Assembly (NCBI GenBank): GCA_964035545.1
Contig: OZ037769.1
Coordinates: forward strand, 13,360,633 to 13,424,632
DNA: 64,000 bases
Origin: Bugula neritina
Taxonomy: Eukaryota; Animalia; Bryozoa
Direction of reading: 5' to 3'
Part shown: piece by piece, positions 46,597 through 57,172 of the stretch
How the letters are laid out: the number at the start of each line of letters is the position of its first letter
Numbering within the stretch: the first letter of the stretch is position 1
The notes under the pieces: model-generated
Told to the model about the DNA's origin: nothing
Database searches by the model: none
The model's input: only the letters and a program-made list of their open reading frames with translations
Made by a program: the position numbers and the translations under genes

Positions 46597-49500
46597 TCAT
46601 GTTCTGTAGAGCTCATTTTCAATGAGTTCTACTTTGGGATTAGCGTCATCTGCAAGGCTAAAGAAAATAAAACGTGTATAAATACAAACATCACGTATCT
46701 GCATGTATAACACTGCATATATACTTGTATATTAGTACAAGCGTACTTATATGTTTATTGTACAAGACTATATATTATGTCCTTGCATAATACTACATGT
46801 ATAAAATAGCATATGGATTTGTATAATACTATGTATATACTGGTATGGCACTACATGTGTACATGTATAACACTATGGAAGATGATTTACTTTGCTGAGT
46901 ATCTATAGTTGCAGATTTCAAGCTATCAGGGCAACCAATTGAGGGAGGGTTATCAAACACCCTCACCGGCAAACAAATTGCTCACTATCCACACAACTAG
47001 GAAAAGTAAAGCAACTACTATTCAATGCATACCCAGCTGTATTTTCATCATCCTCAGCTAAATAATAGATGTTGTTATCCGTAGCACCAACAGCTTGGTT
47101 GTTGCGGGGGCTATCGTAGACGCTATCGCTATGAACAATAGCTGTGTTGTTTCTTGGGCTATCATATAAGCTGGAGCCTCCCACTGCAGTGTTGTTGGTT
47201 GGAACTTTGTAATCTGCAGGCTCTGTAGACTGTGGTTCTACCTCTTGGGTCTGCGTTCCTTGGGGTACACTGTAATACGTATCGTCTATTTCGTCCGCTA
47301 AGTGATATACTTGGCTATCTACAATCAAACAACATGGCGTCTCCAGGGAACTCAAATGCAGCTAACACCAAACTGAAGTTGGGTTCAGTGAAGTATTTAG
47401 CCTCAGAACCAACTATTGGAATCCTGAGTGTTAGGAGTTGTCTAATCTTTTGATGCTGACAGCTTTCTCTTGTTATATGGTTTTTTTGTAATATTAAAAT
47501 TGATCTTGCAAATTTTCAATTGAAAATAGTCAAAGGCATTTGCTATCAATTTATTATTTCCAAGTTTTTTTGCATATTGTTTTGAATGACAATTCATTGC
47601 TATAATAGTGAGAACTAAACCTAAACAGAGACTACCTTTTACTACTAAGTTTCAACTATAAACTACATACTTAGTACGCAGTTTGGTAGTAACAGAAGTT
47701 GTCTTCACACAGCGAATACATTGCCTGGAACTACTATAATGTTTAGTTAAATGATCTCTATGATCGTTTACTCACCTTCATTGACAAGTCTCTTAGTTTC
47801 CTCACAGTCGCCATTATCAGGGGCAGAGTAAATGTGATTATCCGATGATTCATCGGGCTCACACTCACGTCTGCAGTTATTGGCGAGATCGCTGTACAGG
47901 TAGATGCTCGTCTCAGGTAAATCGTATATGTCGCAATCTGCAGAATTTACTTTTTAGGTTTTAAACTTATTGTTTAAAGTTATGTTATGTATCAATCATT
48001 CACTACAGAAGTGAATTTTTAGAGATTAAAGCTAATAGTCTAACAGGTTTGCATTGTATTATAGAAATAGTTTTGGTTGTCTTTCCAAGCTTACATGAAA
48101 AGGAAACAACTGATGCAGTAAAAACTGCTAACATTATATGCCTGTATTATATACTACAGATATTATTATATGTTTGTATTACTCATTGAATTTTTTTTTG
48201 TATTATGCTTTTATTTATTATTACATTGTGGAGATTGTTATCTGCCTGTATTACACATATTAAGCTTGTATTGCATGTACTCAATGACATTAAATGAGTT
48301 AAATTACCAACTTTTTCAAGGCATAACTCTATAGTAATTACTTTCACATGCAGCTATAGTATACTACTCACCTTGAGCCCCAGGATCTCCGTTGGCACCT
48401 TGCAGATGTGGCTTTTCCTTGTTTTTATAGCATTGCTTAGTTGGTTTTCTAAAACAGTAATATTTCGAAATGAGCACAGAATATTTAAAATAGAGTATCA
48501 CTTAAATTTACAAATTTACCAGCCACTTATTTGCATTACTATTTTATGTTACTAATATACTAGTCTAATAATTATATTAGTTTCTTTAATGCACGCATTT
48601 GTATGTTTCGTAAATGTAGCAAGTATCAAAATCTCTAGAAATAGAAAAAGTGTCAAGTAACAGTAAACTTTAAAATCTTCTATTATAAAATACCAAATAG
48701 TAAAATAATATAATTTCTAGCTATTGTTGCAATGTAGCGGACAATAACAGTAAGAGACCAAATAATAAATCTAACAGCCTGTGATAATGGAGGTATGGGA
48801 ACAAAGCATAAATGCATGGACAGTTTTCTAAAAGCATAGAGAGGGAATAATGGCTAGAAATGTTATTGAGAGCATTTGAATCTTTGATGGTGTTATCTCT
48901 TCTACAATTACACTGTAAGTAAAAAAACTTTCGATGAATACTGAATACAGCTATTCATAAAAAAGATGTAGTAGCGTTTAGAAATTGATAGATGAGCCAA
49001 TTAAAAAGAGATCAATCAAAAACCAAATGCCAACCACAACAATCACTGACCTCTTTCTTCTTCTGAGGAAAATCACAATAACCACCACGATGATGATTAC
49101 AACTACTAATGAGAGGGTAACTCCAACACCAACTCCAACTGAGCTGCGTTTAGCTGAAGATGTGGGAGTTGTGTTATCTTCTCCTATGCCGTGAGCTATT
49201 TTAGCAAATAAACACAAAGTTTTATGATGAAGTTTAGAACACTGTAGCTAGTTAGTTAAAAACTGATAGCAAGAAATGGAAAATTGTTAGCTCACAGCTG
49301 GTGCACCAAAAACATGAATATATGTATGTAATGTATTGTACCCTGGTATACCCTGTGTATTGAAAAAAGAAGCTTTACGTAATTTTTTTAAATAAAATGC
49401 TAGAGAATTTAAAATTATCTGAAAATTAGTGATATATGTTATAGAAAAACATTTTATCAAAATATTTCACTGCTAAAATTTGCTCCTTTCTACCCTGTGA

Positions 49501-52500
49501 GTAGAAACAAGCTGCAGGTAAAATTAGACAGCAGGTAAAAATAGGTTACAGGTGGAAAAAGGCTGCAGGTAAAAATAGGCATACGAGGTAAGATCTCTTT
49601 TGTGCATTTTTCCTTAAAACCAGAATAAATGTTGTGTAGTTTTGGGCTAATTAGTAGAGTTTTCCATTGTGCATGGTGAAGCATTTGGTTTACCATGTTG
49701 AAAAACTACCAATCAAAGTATTTGTTTAAATTTAGAAATTTATCAGGAAAGACTTTGCAATAAGATTTTTAAACATTTAAATAAACATAGTAACCAGAAT
49801 GAAGAGAAAGAAGTTGGAAGCATTTAAACTGAGAAGCATAAATGTGTTGCAATCTGAAACTGTTAGGTGACTAAGTGTAAAGGTATAATACTATCAAACT
49901 TTAGTGATTTACAGGTCAACATGCAGGAGAAGAGTGAAGAAAAACATTGTCTAGACTCTAGGACATTGGGATACTACGAATGTTACAATTCACCTGTACC
50001 TGTGATATTTGTTATCGCATTTTTACCTTCTGTAGTTTGTGAACTGATGTTGGATGAAGTTTGAGCTAGAGATATAAAGACAATTTTCAATGTTTCATTA
50101 TTACATGTAGATATACAAAACATTATTGCAATGTATAAGTACACATCATATGTGTCAAAATCTGGAGTTTCGAAGTAACTAAAATTTAAAGGTACTACTA
50201 CCAAGCTTCCGTGGTGTATAAACAGCACATGGCATGCAGGTGAAGAGTGAAGAACAGCGTTTAGTTTAAAATAATGGTCTATTGAAAATGTTACAGTTCA
50301 TTTGTACCTGCAGTATTTGTTATCGTGCTTGTACCTTCTGTGATTTGTGAACTAATGCTGGATGAAGTTTGAGCTAGATATATAAAAATATTTTTTTAAA
50401 ATTTTTATCGAACAAGCTGCATATTATTACAATCTATGTAAATAAAAATAATAATCTTATAATATTTTGTCTATGTAAATACTGTATATCTTAATGTAGA
50501 TGAATATTGTTGCAATCTGAATTAACTAAGCGACCGAGATTCAAAGGTGGTACATACTGTTAAGCTTTCATGATTTACAAACTGCACATGGCATGCAGGT
50601 GAAGTGTGAGGAAAAACGGCGTTTAGAACAATGAGTTACAGTTCACCTGTACCTGCAGTACGTGTTATCGTGTTTGTACCTCTTGTGGTTTGTGAAATGA
50701 TGCTGGATAACATTCGAGCTAGAGATATAAAACAGTTCAGTATTGAATCTATAGCAACCTGCATTTTGTTATAACCTATGTACGTGTAAATGTTATTATA
50801 ATATATTATGTACATGTACATATATAATAATATACGTACATATATAATAATATACGTACATATACATGTATAGTATTATATTATGTAGATATACAAAATA
50901 TTTTTATAATATAAATACATGTACTTACTGAAAAAACTTAATAAAATATTTGTTGGAAATAACAGAACACTGTTATTATGTCTAAATCTAGTGACTAGGC
51001 AAAAGCTATGAAATCTTTCAAAGTGTATGAATATTATAAAAAGTTATGTAAAGTCATGAGATCACATTTGCTCTTAACTAACAACTGCTAAGAGTGGCAA
51101 AACAGTGGTCTAGGGGTTAGAGCATTTTCTTAATAAGAATTAAATCATGGGTTTTAACCCGACAAAGGCCAATTAAAATGGTGGTGATGTTAGGAAAAGC
51201 ATCCAGTCATAATTGCTCCTGTGTCACATCTGAATAAGTCATTAGCCCGGTTCAACAAAAAACCTTTTCCATTAGGGGTTTCTCACAGGGATAGCGACTA
51301 TAAACTTGCTGAATTTTTTTTATAAGACGCAAAACAAAGAAATCTGTTGTATTAGTGCTGCAAAAGTACTGCTATACAATCTGTATCGCATACCTACGGC
51401 ACTGCTATCAAAAAGGGCCATTCATAGCGCTTAAAGTCTACCCGTGTGTAAATTTCACGCAGCTCACCTGTATATTTGAGAAGGAAGCCTGATGTTTCAC
51501 CGTGAGACCCAGACACGAACCGCAACACCAATTCTCGCCTTTTCGATGCCTTGAATGTGATAGTTTGACCCATAAGGCCAGCATCAACATCCTGACATAT
51601 CTTGGTCTCGTTTGCTCCCCATATCAACAAATAGTCATAGCATGGTGTGTAATTTTCCAGATCCAAAACCACAAAGTGAATGTCTACTGCTGACACATTA
51701 GTTAAGGTTAGCCGTGAATTAGTGTTGGATCTGTAATTACTTTGCCCGTAGTCTGAGTGACTAACTATATAGCCTGAGGAACTTGCTCCTGCATTCAGCT
51801 CTTTTGGTAGTGAAATACCGTCTATGTTTATTGCGGCGGCCACTAGAATATAAAGTTTTATGATAACTAAACAACTAGCATCAAAATAAAAAAATAGATA
51901 AAATACAGAAGATTATTTATATACAGTATAATAGTACCTAGCTTATGTATATACAGTATAACAGCGCCTAGCTCTTGTATATACAGTATAACAGCACCTA
52001 GCTCATGTATATATACAGTATAACAGTACTTAGCTCATGTATATATACAGTATAACAGTACATAGCTCATGTATATATACAGTATAACAGTACCTAGCTC
52101 ATGTATATATACAGTATAACAGTACATAGCTCATGTATGTACAGTATAACAGTACATAGGTCATGTATATATACAGTATAACAGTACCTAGCTCATGTAT
52201 ATATACAGTATAACAGTACCTAGCTCATGTATATACAGTATAACAGTACATAGCTCATGTATGTACAGTAGCTAATAATGTACTTACCTCTGTATGTGAG
52301 ATTGAACATGTCGCTGGTTTGCATGTACTCGGAGTAGAAATTTATGTTTAGGGAAGTCGCCAGCTCATTGAAATAGTATATTTCCTCAAAATTGCTTCCA
52401 TCACATAATTTGTCACCTCTGTTGTTTATTTGTACATAAGATACTTCATTGTTGCAGTTAGACCTTGATTTACAGTTATAAGAACATTTCAGAGTAAATG

Positions 52501-53706
52501 TTTCTTTTGTTAGCCCAAACCAGGAAAATTCTGGAAAACCAGTAAGTTTCAGCGTACAGTTGACTTTGTCTGGTGGTTGAATGTATGGACTCACTATTCC
52601 ACCTTCAATACCAGCTTGAACCACCTGTGATGAGCTGTCACACATTGTATAAACAGCACCTGTGAAATATGACACAATTATATTTATATTGGGCTTATAT
52701 AAAATGCAGTGAATTCTGTCAGGAATTGACCAAGTTAATTCTATATATATACTACTTTTCTTTATTGAAACCAATCAATATCTTAAAATGCTTTAAATAA
52801 ATATATTTACTCATTTATTTATCATTTTACTTCATTTAAACGCAATGCTAAATAAAAATAACTAAATTTTATTACCCTTAACTGAAAATATAAAATTGGG
52901 AGCTTTCAATGATAGGTGTTGTATTGGAGAAACATAGAACAGCCTGTGTTTTAGATGAAAAATATGGCAAAGGAAATTTTAACTTGCATCCCAAACCAAA
53001 ATTGACAGAAATTTGTAAACCGCCCAGCCTAATGAAATTTCTTAATACTGAAATTAAATGGAATGTCAGTAGCTGTGGTAAACGAATGTTAACAGCATAT
53101 AGCAAGATAATATGTGGTGATGAAATAAAGTAATATGTAGCCACAGATAACAACATTTCCATACATCTGTGAGGATATATGCGCTGATTGAGCATTATTT
53201 AGCCTAGTACAGTGTACAGCCTGCTATGTTGATGATTAAGAAATTACAAATTCACAGTAACATTACAACATAAATCTTATTTGATCTACTTACAGAGTAC
53301 AATATTAGGACAGACTGAAGTTGACAAACATTGATTCTAGCAAGTTGCCAACTTTTAATGAGCTAAAAAAAGTAGTTATACTTCTAACTATAAAATGCAG
53401 TAATAAATAAGAAACTCACATTTACACTTTTTTAGTCAATAGAAAAATAAAATAATGTTACCGATGACTCATGATGAATCAAAGTCACAATTTATCATGA
53501 CTCAGAAGCATGACTCATGCTACCGATTGTAAACAGGAAGTAATGACTCATGGTACGTCTGCAAACAGGAAGTCAGTAAGGTAGCTGCTAGGAGGGAACT
53601 TACCACCAGCGTCACATCTTGCTATGTCAACATTTCCGAGGAAGCTAAATGCAATTAGAAACCACCAGACTACCCTCTCAGTTTGATTCCTTCTGGAGTT
53701 CTCCAT
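46597..53706 (-). CDS. Type-I membrane receptor A: signal peptide, 2 CUB domains, Ser/Thr stalk, TM, YxxP-rich cytoplasmic tail (~590 aa)
   Basis: Exons 53706-53604 (signal peptide), 52659-52288 (CUB1), 51842-51468 (CUB2: GYIVSH...DLE..CYDYL...ICQ...FVS....SGFLLKY), 50718-50653, 50373-50308 and 50065-50000 (stalk), 49195-49051 (TM VGVGVTLSLVVVIIIVVVIVIFL-RRRKR), 48448-48372, 47937-47776, 47318-47033 and 46657-46597 (..ELIENELYRT*). All junctions are phase-compatible. A probable 5' UTR exon ends at 54835. Confidence 0.85.
49900..50735 (-). repeat. Triplicated ~310-345 bp unit, each containing one 66-nt stalk exon plus intron flanks
   Basis: Three copies of tatatctctag|CT..CAAAC..CAGCAT..TTCACAAA..ACAG..GGTAC..CGATAACA..ACTGCAG|GTACA followed by a shared intronic TCTTCAC..CCTGCATG. 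Confidence 0.85.
51095..51310 (+). mobile_element. tRNA-derived SINE, family 1
   Basis: CAGTGGTCTAGGGG head, core TGGTGATGTTAGGAAAAGCATCCAGTCATAATTGCTCCTGTG and tail CTCACAGGGATAGCGACTATAAACTTGCT. Confidence 0.8.
51917..52270. repeat. 29-33 bp minisatellite (TATATACAGTATAACAGTACCTAGCTCATG, ~11 copies) between the CUB1 and CUB2 exons
   Basis: Direct observation. Confidence 0.95.
53464..53573. promoter_or_regulatory. Candidate intronic enhancer: AP-1 / ETS / FOX motif cluster
   Basis: TGACTCA at 53465, 53498, 53511 and 53544; TGAATCA at 53475; TGTAAACAGGAAGT at 53528 and GCAAACAGGAAGT at 53561, all within 110 bp. Confidence 0.6.
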
Positions 53707-56514
53707 TTCCAAGTTATGTAATCTGACCTAAGGGTGAAAAATCAGTAAATTCCTTTAATTTTCTCAACTTTTAGATTAAATTATATCTGAAAAGTTGGTG
53801 TTAGCACAAATTGTTTCAGATGCTTATAACTGAACAGAAGACATGAACTGTGATTCCACAATAATGTGGTTTGATGAATGGAATTGTATCATGATAGGGT
53901 AAAAGTCATAACAAGTGAATCATGGTTAATAAGTTTTAGTGCAGATGTACTACTATTCTTAGATAAACTAAATATAAACTGAGGTAGGTGTAAATTCACA
54001 GAAATTAAACAAAACATTATGTATTATAGGCAACAGTCATTATATATACTTTAGTTGAACATAAGTTTTTACTATTGTCAAGGTGTGGGCCATGGTTTTC
54101 TGTTCTGAGGGTAAAAATCAAGAAATAGCTACAAGTTTCAAATTTACAACATGTGCAGTTTTGAAAGTTGTCCAATTGAAATGGCATTGTTTGCAGATGT
54201 TGTAGAATTATTGAAAATATGTTTTATTGCAAGTAGGACATGCAAACCGATTGGTTAGTACGGAGAAAGTGAAAACATTACAAACATAAAAATGTTGCTA
54301 TATAATTATATAGCTGAAAAAATTTCACAGCTTTTTCTCTAATAGCTTGTATAGGTACAAAACTTTAATGCAACTTATGATTATACCACTGCAGTTGTGG
54401 CCATTTTAGACAACGTCTAGCATTTATTAATAATTAAATTTAAACAGAGGCAATCGGATTTTCCCAACCTGCGATGACTACCAGCTCATAGAACATAACA
54501 AGCACCCAAACATAATATGTCTTATAGGAAAGTGCAACACTACAATGGTAGTGGTATAAACTCCTAAGCTGTATTTCATGGGTACAAAATAAAAAGTTAA
54601 AACGTCACTAGGCACACAGCACACACAGTATTTATTACTAAAAAACCTAAGGCTAAAACAAATTTGCTAATTTTCCCTCAATTGCATATTGATGTTTGAA
54701 AAACTAAGTGGAAGCAGCTGTTATCACTCGATTCTTAATCTGGTTAAAAAGGGTTGGTTGAGATGGCTACATCCAGGGAATAGTAACAACTAGTAGTACA
54801 AGAATTAACTGCAGCGATAGAGTTAGTTACTTACCAGTGAGCAGCACACAGTGACAGGACTGTCAGTAGTCAACTCAGACTACGGAATGCATGAATGTGT
54901 TTAGTAGCTGATTATAGCATATACAATAAACAAATAACAGTACAGGTCAAGCTACAAGCTAGCTAACTCGCTAGTAGTTACTAGCTGAACTGACCTGTAT
55001 CAACTGCCTATCATGCAGTCGAGATTCAATGACAATAGCCTCATTGAGTTTGCCTAATAACTCGGGATTAGAGGTTAACTAACGGTTTTTCAATCTGTGT
55101 TCATGATTCGACGTCTTTAACGGAGCGTGACGTAAGCTTGTGCAATAGTAGCAAGAGTTATAATGGTAAAAACTATTCAGTGCTGAGGAGCTGAAATGAC
55201 AAATTTGTTATCTAACTGCTATTATAATTAGACTAAAATTTATCGTTGCAGCAGAGAAGCTTTGAATGAAAAATGTTATTCATGGTTAAATTGTTCAGCT
55301 GAAAATTAGAGGTCGGTCGACGCAATGAAAGAACTGCATGATGTAAGTGCATGGTAGCATAACTCCCAATAAGTTTATTATAAATTAGTGTTGAGTGCTA
55401 CATTATCAATAATAAAATACTATACGAAAGCATTAAACAATAATCCTTTGTCTCAATAAAGGTGAAACACATTTTTAAATATCAGCAATACCAGCCTCCC
55501 AAATAAATGCACAATATTTTCTTTTCATAAAGCTGCATTATAATGATTTCAATATAGCTCCTGATTAAAATGTGTTCCATGAGTAATGTAGGTTCTAATA
55601 AGAAAGTCTTACATTATAACTTCAATATACAGGGCTGTAAGAACCACTCTGTCATTATAGTACACACAAGGTAACACACCATTCACTTCTATTACCTGTA
55701 TACAATTGTTCATTACTATTGCATTGTAAGTGGTCGCAAAGTGTCTCTTTTATAATTTGACACTTCCATGAATTAGTGTGCATTATTTTGAAAAAGATAA
55801 ATTTGAAATATCATATTATGTGAGTTCTTGCACTGTTTATTGCATAAATGTGTATAAAAATATTTAAGATAACAACATATACAAAAAGTTTATAGCATCA
55901 TTAAACTCAGGTAGTAAAATTATGATGCAAAGTTATTAAAAATACACAAATTTGGCGGCAGTCTGTAATAAATGTGTTTGCATAAAAATCAATTTTTATA
56001 TTTTAGACTGCATGAACTCAAGAAAAAAAACAAACTCCATAAATAAGTGAATGCCCAATTATATTAAAAAATGTATAATTTTCATATCAGTTATAGTGAG
56101 TTGTTTTGGTCAATTATCATGCTGATGTCTATATAAGTGTACAAAAATATATGTTAGTAATGTTAACCTACAATAAAGCTAAGTAATGGCAAATATATAA
56201 AACAATAGTTGAGCTTTTGAACAAATTTCTAAAAGCAAAAATAATATTATGATATGAAAACATACTTTGCTTAATTATATTGATCTATTTTTGATGCACA
56301 AACACTTGAACATGAATTAGAAAATGTGGTGAAGTTGGTAAACCACACGCTTCTCACTTTAGGGGGTGTGGTGTTAGAACTTCGGCTAAGTCAGGATAGA
56401 CACAGCCGAGAACTTTTGCATTCTGTTTTGCTGTTTAGGTCAGCACCTAAAATACAAACAAACCTGCATAGAGAATTTCACTAGCTTGCACACAGACACT
56501 TGTAGTGTTGAGAT

Positions 56515-56587
56515 TACCCCGTGGTATAATGGTTAGCGTGTCTGCTTGCAAGTCGGAGGTCCTGGGTTCGAACCCCAGTGGGGGCAA
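56515..56587 (+). pseudogene. tRNA-like sequence (pseudo-tRNA or head of a second SINE family)
   Basis: A box TGGTATAATGG, B box GGTTCGAACCC, perfect T stem CTGGG/CCCAG and TTTT just downstream. The anticodon stem and the first acceptor-stem pairs are defective; TGC sits at the approximate anticodon position. Confidence 0.65.
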
Positions 56588-56769
56588 ATATTTTATAACT
56601 CTCCTAAGCAACTGCACGAGAAGGCATAAAAGTATCACATTCTCACCGAGGTTGTTATGTGTCTATCGAATTGATGATGAATAGGCACCTAAAAATTTGA
56701 TGCTAAGCTTTGCATATTGAAGATAAAATAATAGAATAATTTAACTAAAGTATTTTTATATTGTAATAT

Positions 56770-56935
56770 GCACGAGGGAGGTCACGGGTTCGAGTCCTGA
56801 CGAAGGCCATTGGTGATGTTAGGAAAAGCATCCAGTCATAATTGCTCTTGCGCCTCATTTGAATAAGTCCTTAGCCCGATTTAACAAAAACCCTTTCCAT
56901 CAGGGGTTTCTCACAGGGATAGTGACTATAAACTT
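56770..56935 (+). mobile_element. tRNA-derived SINE, family 1 (5'-truncated)
   Basis: B box GGGTTCGAGTCC followed by the family core and tail. Confidence 0.8.
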
Positions 56936-57172
56936 TCGTCAGTATTTTTATTTTGTAATCTATTGTCATGCGTGACTGTCCAACGAAAGTTTTAGTTGCA
57001 GCAACAGCTCTAAACGTATGAAAATGATGACTTATATTATAAAAAAACATATTGCTTGTATATGATGCAAACTTTCTTGTACTACATCTATATTAATTGG
57101 TAAAGTATTTAACATAAAAACAACATTTAAAAAAACTGTCTTACCGTTTTAGTGAGTTCTTTGCAACATGGC

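Noticed and set aside
52878-53195. Overlapping ORFs in the receptor A intron
   Set aside because: No domain or splice support; likely chance ORFs in repeat-derived AT-rich sequence.
54835-54900. Signal-peptide-like frame (LLTVLSLCAAH) upstream of receptor A
   Set aside because: Preceded by an in-frame TGA with no ATG and out of frame with the next exon; treated as a 5' UTR exon.
56515-56587. Functional tRNA-Ala(TGC) gene
   Set aside because: The anticodon stem and the top of the acceptor stem do not pair properly, so it is kept only as tRNA-like.
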